In this document: positions 60,965-64,000 of the stretch, piece after piece | How the letters are laid out: each line of letters opens with the position of its first letter | How positions within the stretch are numbered: the stretch's first letter is position 1 | Source: Octopus vulgaris | Taxonomy: Eukaryota | Length of the DNA: 64,000 bases | Reading direction: 5' to 3' | NCBI GenBank assembly: GCA_951406725.2 | Contig: OX597814.1 | Location: forward strand, 9,052,001-9,116,000 | Position numbers and translations under genes: made by a program | The notes under the pieces: generated by a model | The model's database searches: none | What the model saw: the letters and a program-made list of their open reading frames with translations, nothing else | What the model was told of the DNA's origin: nothing

Positions 60965-63900
60965 AAGATTAGATTAGTGCTCCATCATGGCTTAGCAACC
61001 ATTATCTCAGCCTATGCCCCTCAGCCAGGGCTACCCGATGGACAGAAAGACCGATTCTATGACACCCTCTTGCAGACTATCTCAGTGACAAATGACAAGG
61101 ACCTTCTCTTTGTGGCTTGTGACTTCAATGGACATGTTGGACAATGTGCCGGGGGCTTCCATGGCGTACATGGAGGCTACGGTGATGGTTCCCGCAATGA
61201 GGAGGGAACCAGACAGCTGGAGTTCTGTGACGCAAATGATCTTATGGTTTGCAATACTAACCTCAGAAACCTGCCAGTCACCTACTCACCTATTGTTCTG
61301 GCAGACACACTAGCCAAATTGACGACATCCTTGTCAGGAAAAGGGAAAGATGGCTGTTTATAAATTCCAAAACCATCCCAGGCGAAGAATGTACCCCACA
61401 ACATAGACTGGTAGTTAGTGACTTCAGGATCAGGCCTACGTGGATGCCCAGAAGATGACCAACATGGACAAGAAGGGTCTGGAAGCTTAAAGACCCTGCG
61501 AATGGACAGAGATTTAGAGACATATTACTTGAAGCCTTTGACGAAATAGGAGGGGATATAGCTTCACACGATGTAGAAGACAACTGGAGGTTTCTACGGG
61601 ACAACCTGCTGAGGGCCACTGACCAGATCTGTGGATGGTGCAAAGTCCCCTCTTGACCCAGAGTAACGTGGTGGTTGAACAATGTTGTTGACAGGGCTAT
61701 TAGAGAAAAGAAGGACTGGAAGAACGGTGGTAGCAGGGAATCGTATCAGACTGCCAGAATTTATTTATTTATTATTTATTAAATTTGGCTCAAAAGCAAA
61801 TAGCAAGGCCATGTAGGGGGACATGGAGTTAAGTACAGGGTGGTGTTCATGTGAAGAGTTCAGGCCACTTGAGGTCCAGGGAGGCTTTGAACAAAGCGGT
61901 CGTCGGCATCTTCACCATCTCTTCTGGCAGCTTGTTCCACGGATCCGCAACCCGGACGGAGAAAGCTCCTCTCCTTCGATTTAGACGAAATCGTCGCAGG
62001 TAGAGCTTTTCGGAATGACCCCGCAGCCGACACTCTGGAGCAGGAGTGAAGAACAGCTCTTTCGAGAGGTTACACTTTCCGCTTATGATGTTGTGGGCAA
62101 GAATGAGATATCCACGGCGGCGGCGTTTATCAAGAGAATAAAGGTCGAGCGTCCTCAGCCTTTCTTCGTAGGACAAATTTTTGAGACCATGAACCATCCG
62201 GGTAGCCAGCTTCTGGACTCTTTCGAGATGCTGTATGTCTTTGAGGAGATAAGGAGAAGAGGCTTGAATCCCATACTCCAATATGGGTCTCACCAGCGTG
62301 ACATAGAGTGGTAGGAATATGGCTGCTGTGAGCATTCCGAATGACCGTCGAACCAAGAACAGAATTCTGCATGCTTTGTTGGCAGCATGGACGCACTGGG
62401 CTGAAGGCGAAAAGGAGGAATCCACCAAGATACCCAGGTCCTTTACCTGATGGGTCCTCTCCAGCAGCAGACGACCCGGCTCGAAATCAAGTTGAGTTGC
62501 AGGAGTAGAGCCGACAGGCAGATGACAGCACTTTGACACGTTCAGACACAGGTCCCAATCGTTAGACCACTTCCAAATTTGGTGGAGGCATCGACGAAGA
62601 TCCTCGATATTACCGCGAGGAGCGACCAGTTTGATATCGTCGGCAAATAGTAGGGTGTGTTGCGTGAGGTCGTCAGGCAAGTCATTTATGAAGACTAAGA
62701 ACAACAAGGGCCCAAGCACTGAACCTTGAGGCACGCCACTGCTCGCACTGGAGACGTCGGACCGCGAGCCATTAACTTGGACTTGGAAGGAGCGATCTGA
62801 GAGGAAGGCACCAACCCATCGTACAATATCCGGATGGAAACTATATGCTTGAAGCTTGACAAGTAATAGGCGGTGGTTTACCGAGTCAAAAGCTTTGGCA
62901 AAGTCCAATAAAACGATGTCAACAGCATCACTATCATCGAGGATGCGCATCACCAATTCTTCCATTACTAGCAAGTTGGTCAAGCATGATCTCTTCGGCA
63001 CGAAGCCGTGTTGGGAATCAGAGATAGAGGCTGTGTTTAGGAGGTGGAGCATCATACTTTTCTTAAGGATGGTTTCGAACATCTTGCTGATTATTGATGT
63101 AAGGGAAACCAGTCGGTAGTTAAGCAGGTTTTCGCGGCTCCCTTGGAAGCTAGGAGGCAGGTGTATTTAGCCAGAGGGGAGGCAGATAAGAAAAAATTTG
63201 CCAATGTTCTGCACTGTGAGGATGAAAGACTTGAGTTATTTTGTGTTGCAAGACAGTGTGTGAGAGAGAATTGTGATGTAGGAGAGAAATGTGTTCGCAT
63301 GGATGATGGTTCACTTGCACTAAATGAGGATGCAAAGAGAGAGGTTTGAAGACGCCACTATGAAAGGTTGCTGAATAAAGAGAATGAATGGGATAAAGAG
63401 AGTCTGCTGTATGTCGACCCAACAGAGGGACCAGCTATCCATGTTGACAGTTCCTTAGTAGATAAAGCAATTAAAAGTGTGAAGACAGGGAAAGCCCCAG
63501 GCCAATCAGGAATCACTGCTGAGATGCTCAAAATATCTGGCAGTGTCGGCTATAGCCTAGTCACCCGTATAGTTAACCAGGTGATACAGGAAGGAGTCAT
63601 ACCCAATGACTGGTGTAGCAGCATAATAGTCAACTGCTACAAAGGTAAAGGTGACGCTTTAGATACAAATAATTACAGAGGTATCAAGCTGTTGGATCAG
63701 GTAATGAAGGTCACAGAGAGGGTCATAGCCCAACTAATTAGGGAGAGAGTGAGTTTAGATGAGATTCAGTTTGGTTTCGTGCCAGGGAAAAGCACCACTG
63801 ATGCTATATTTCTGGTAAGGCAGCTGCAGGAGAAATACCTAGCCAAAGATAGGCCCCTGTACCTGGCTTTCATTGATATGGAAAAAGCCTTTGACAGGGT

Positions 63901-64000
63901 CCCCTGATCACTTATCTGATGATCATTGAGGAAACTAGAGATAGATGAATGGTTAGTGAGAGCCGTGCAAGCCATGTACAGGGATGCTGTCAGTAAGGTG
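60965..64000 (+). mobile_element. RTE LINE, split by a CR1 insertion and running off the window
   Basis: AYAPQ and DFNGHVG before 61759; EARRQVYLARG, NYRGIKL and DMEKAFDRVP after 63145. Confidence 0.9.
61760..63144 (-). mobile_element. Young 5'-truncated CR1-clade LINE with an uninterrupted RT frame
   Basis: Frame open from 63144 to the stop at 61847: NYRLVSLTS, LDFAKAFDSV, GVPQGSVLGP, FADD, VRPILEY. (TAAA)n tail; CpG-rich. Confidence 0.92.

Overview
This is eukaryotic, AT-rich, repeat-dominated DNA. The tRNA-SINE, RTE, R4/Dong and Penelope repeat mix suggests a cephalopod (octopus-like) genome; this is an inference. Two spliced host genes lie in tandem on the minus strand. Gene A is represented by its last three coding exons (60589-54910), which encode a PARP14-like mono-ADP-ribosyltransferase catalytic domain with an H-Y-I triad. 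Gene B is represented by the 5' end of a second PARP14/PARP10-type gene with N-terminal RRM-like repeats (coding exons 17654-17457, 8717-8481, 2427-2194). Its candidate non-coding first exon and promoter lie near 36.5 kb and carry clustered STAT (GAS) and IRF-like motifs. The rest is mostly transposons: Tx1-type LINEs embedded in (ATCT)n microsatellites, Penelope-like elements with hammerhead-ribozyme-like motifs, two decayed Gypsy elements, a very young non-autonomous LTR element with a tRNA-Trp primer site plus a related solo LTR, many RTE copies carrying a PHD finger inside the RT, a young CR1 insertion, and mariner, hAT, Helitron and MITE remnants. Exon, LTR and TSD boundaries were read by hand; boundaries of decayed repeats are approximate.
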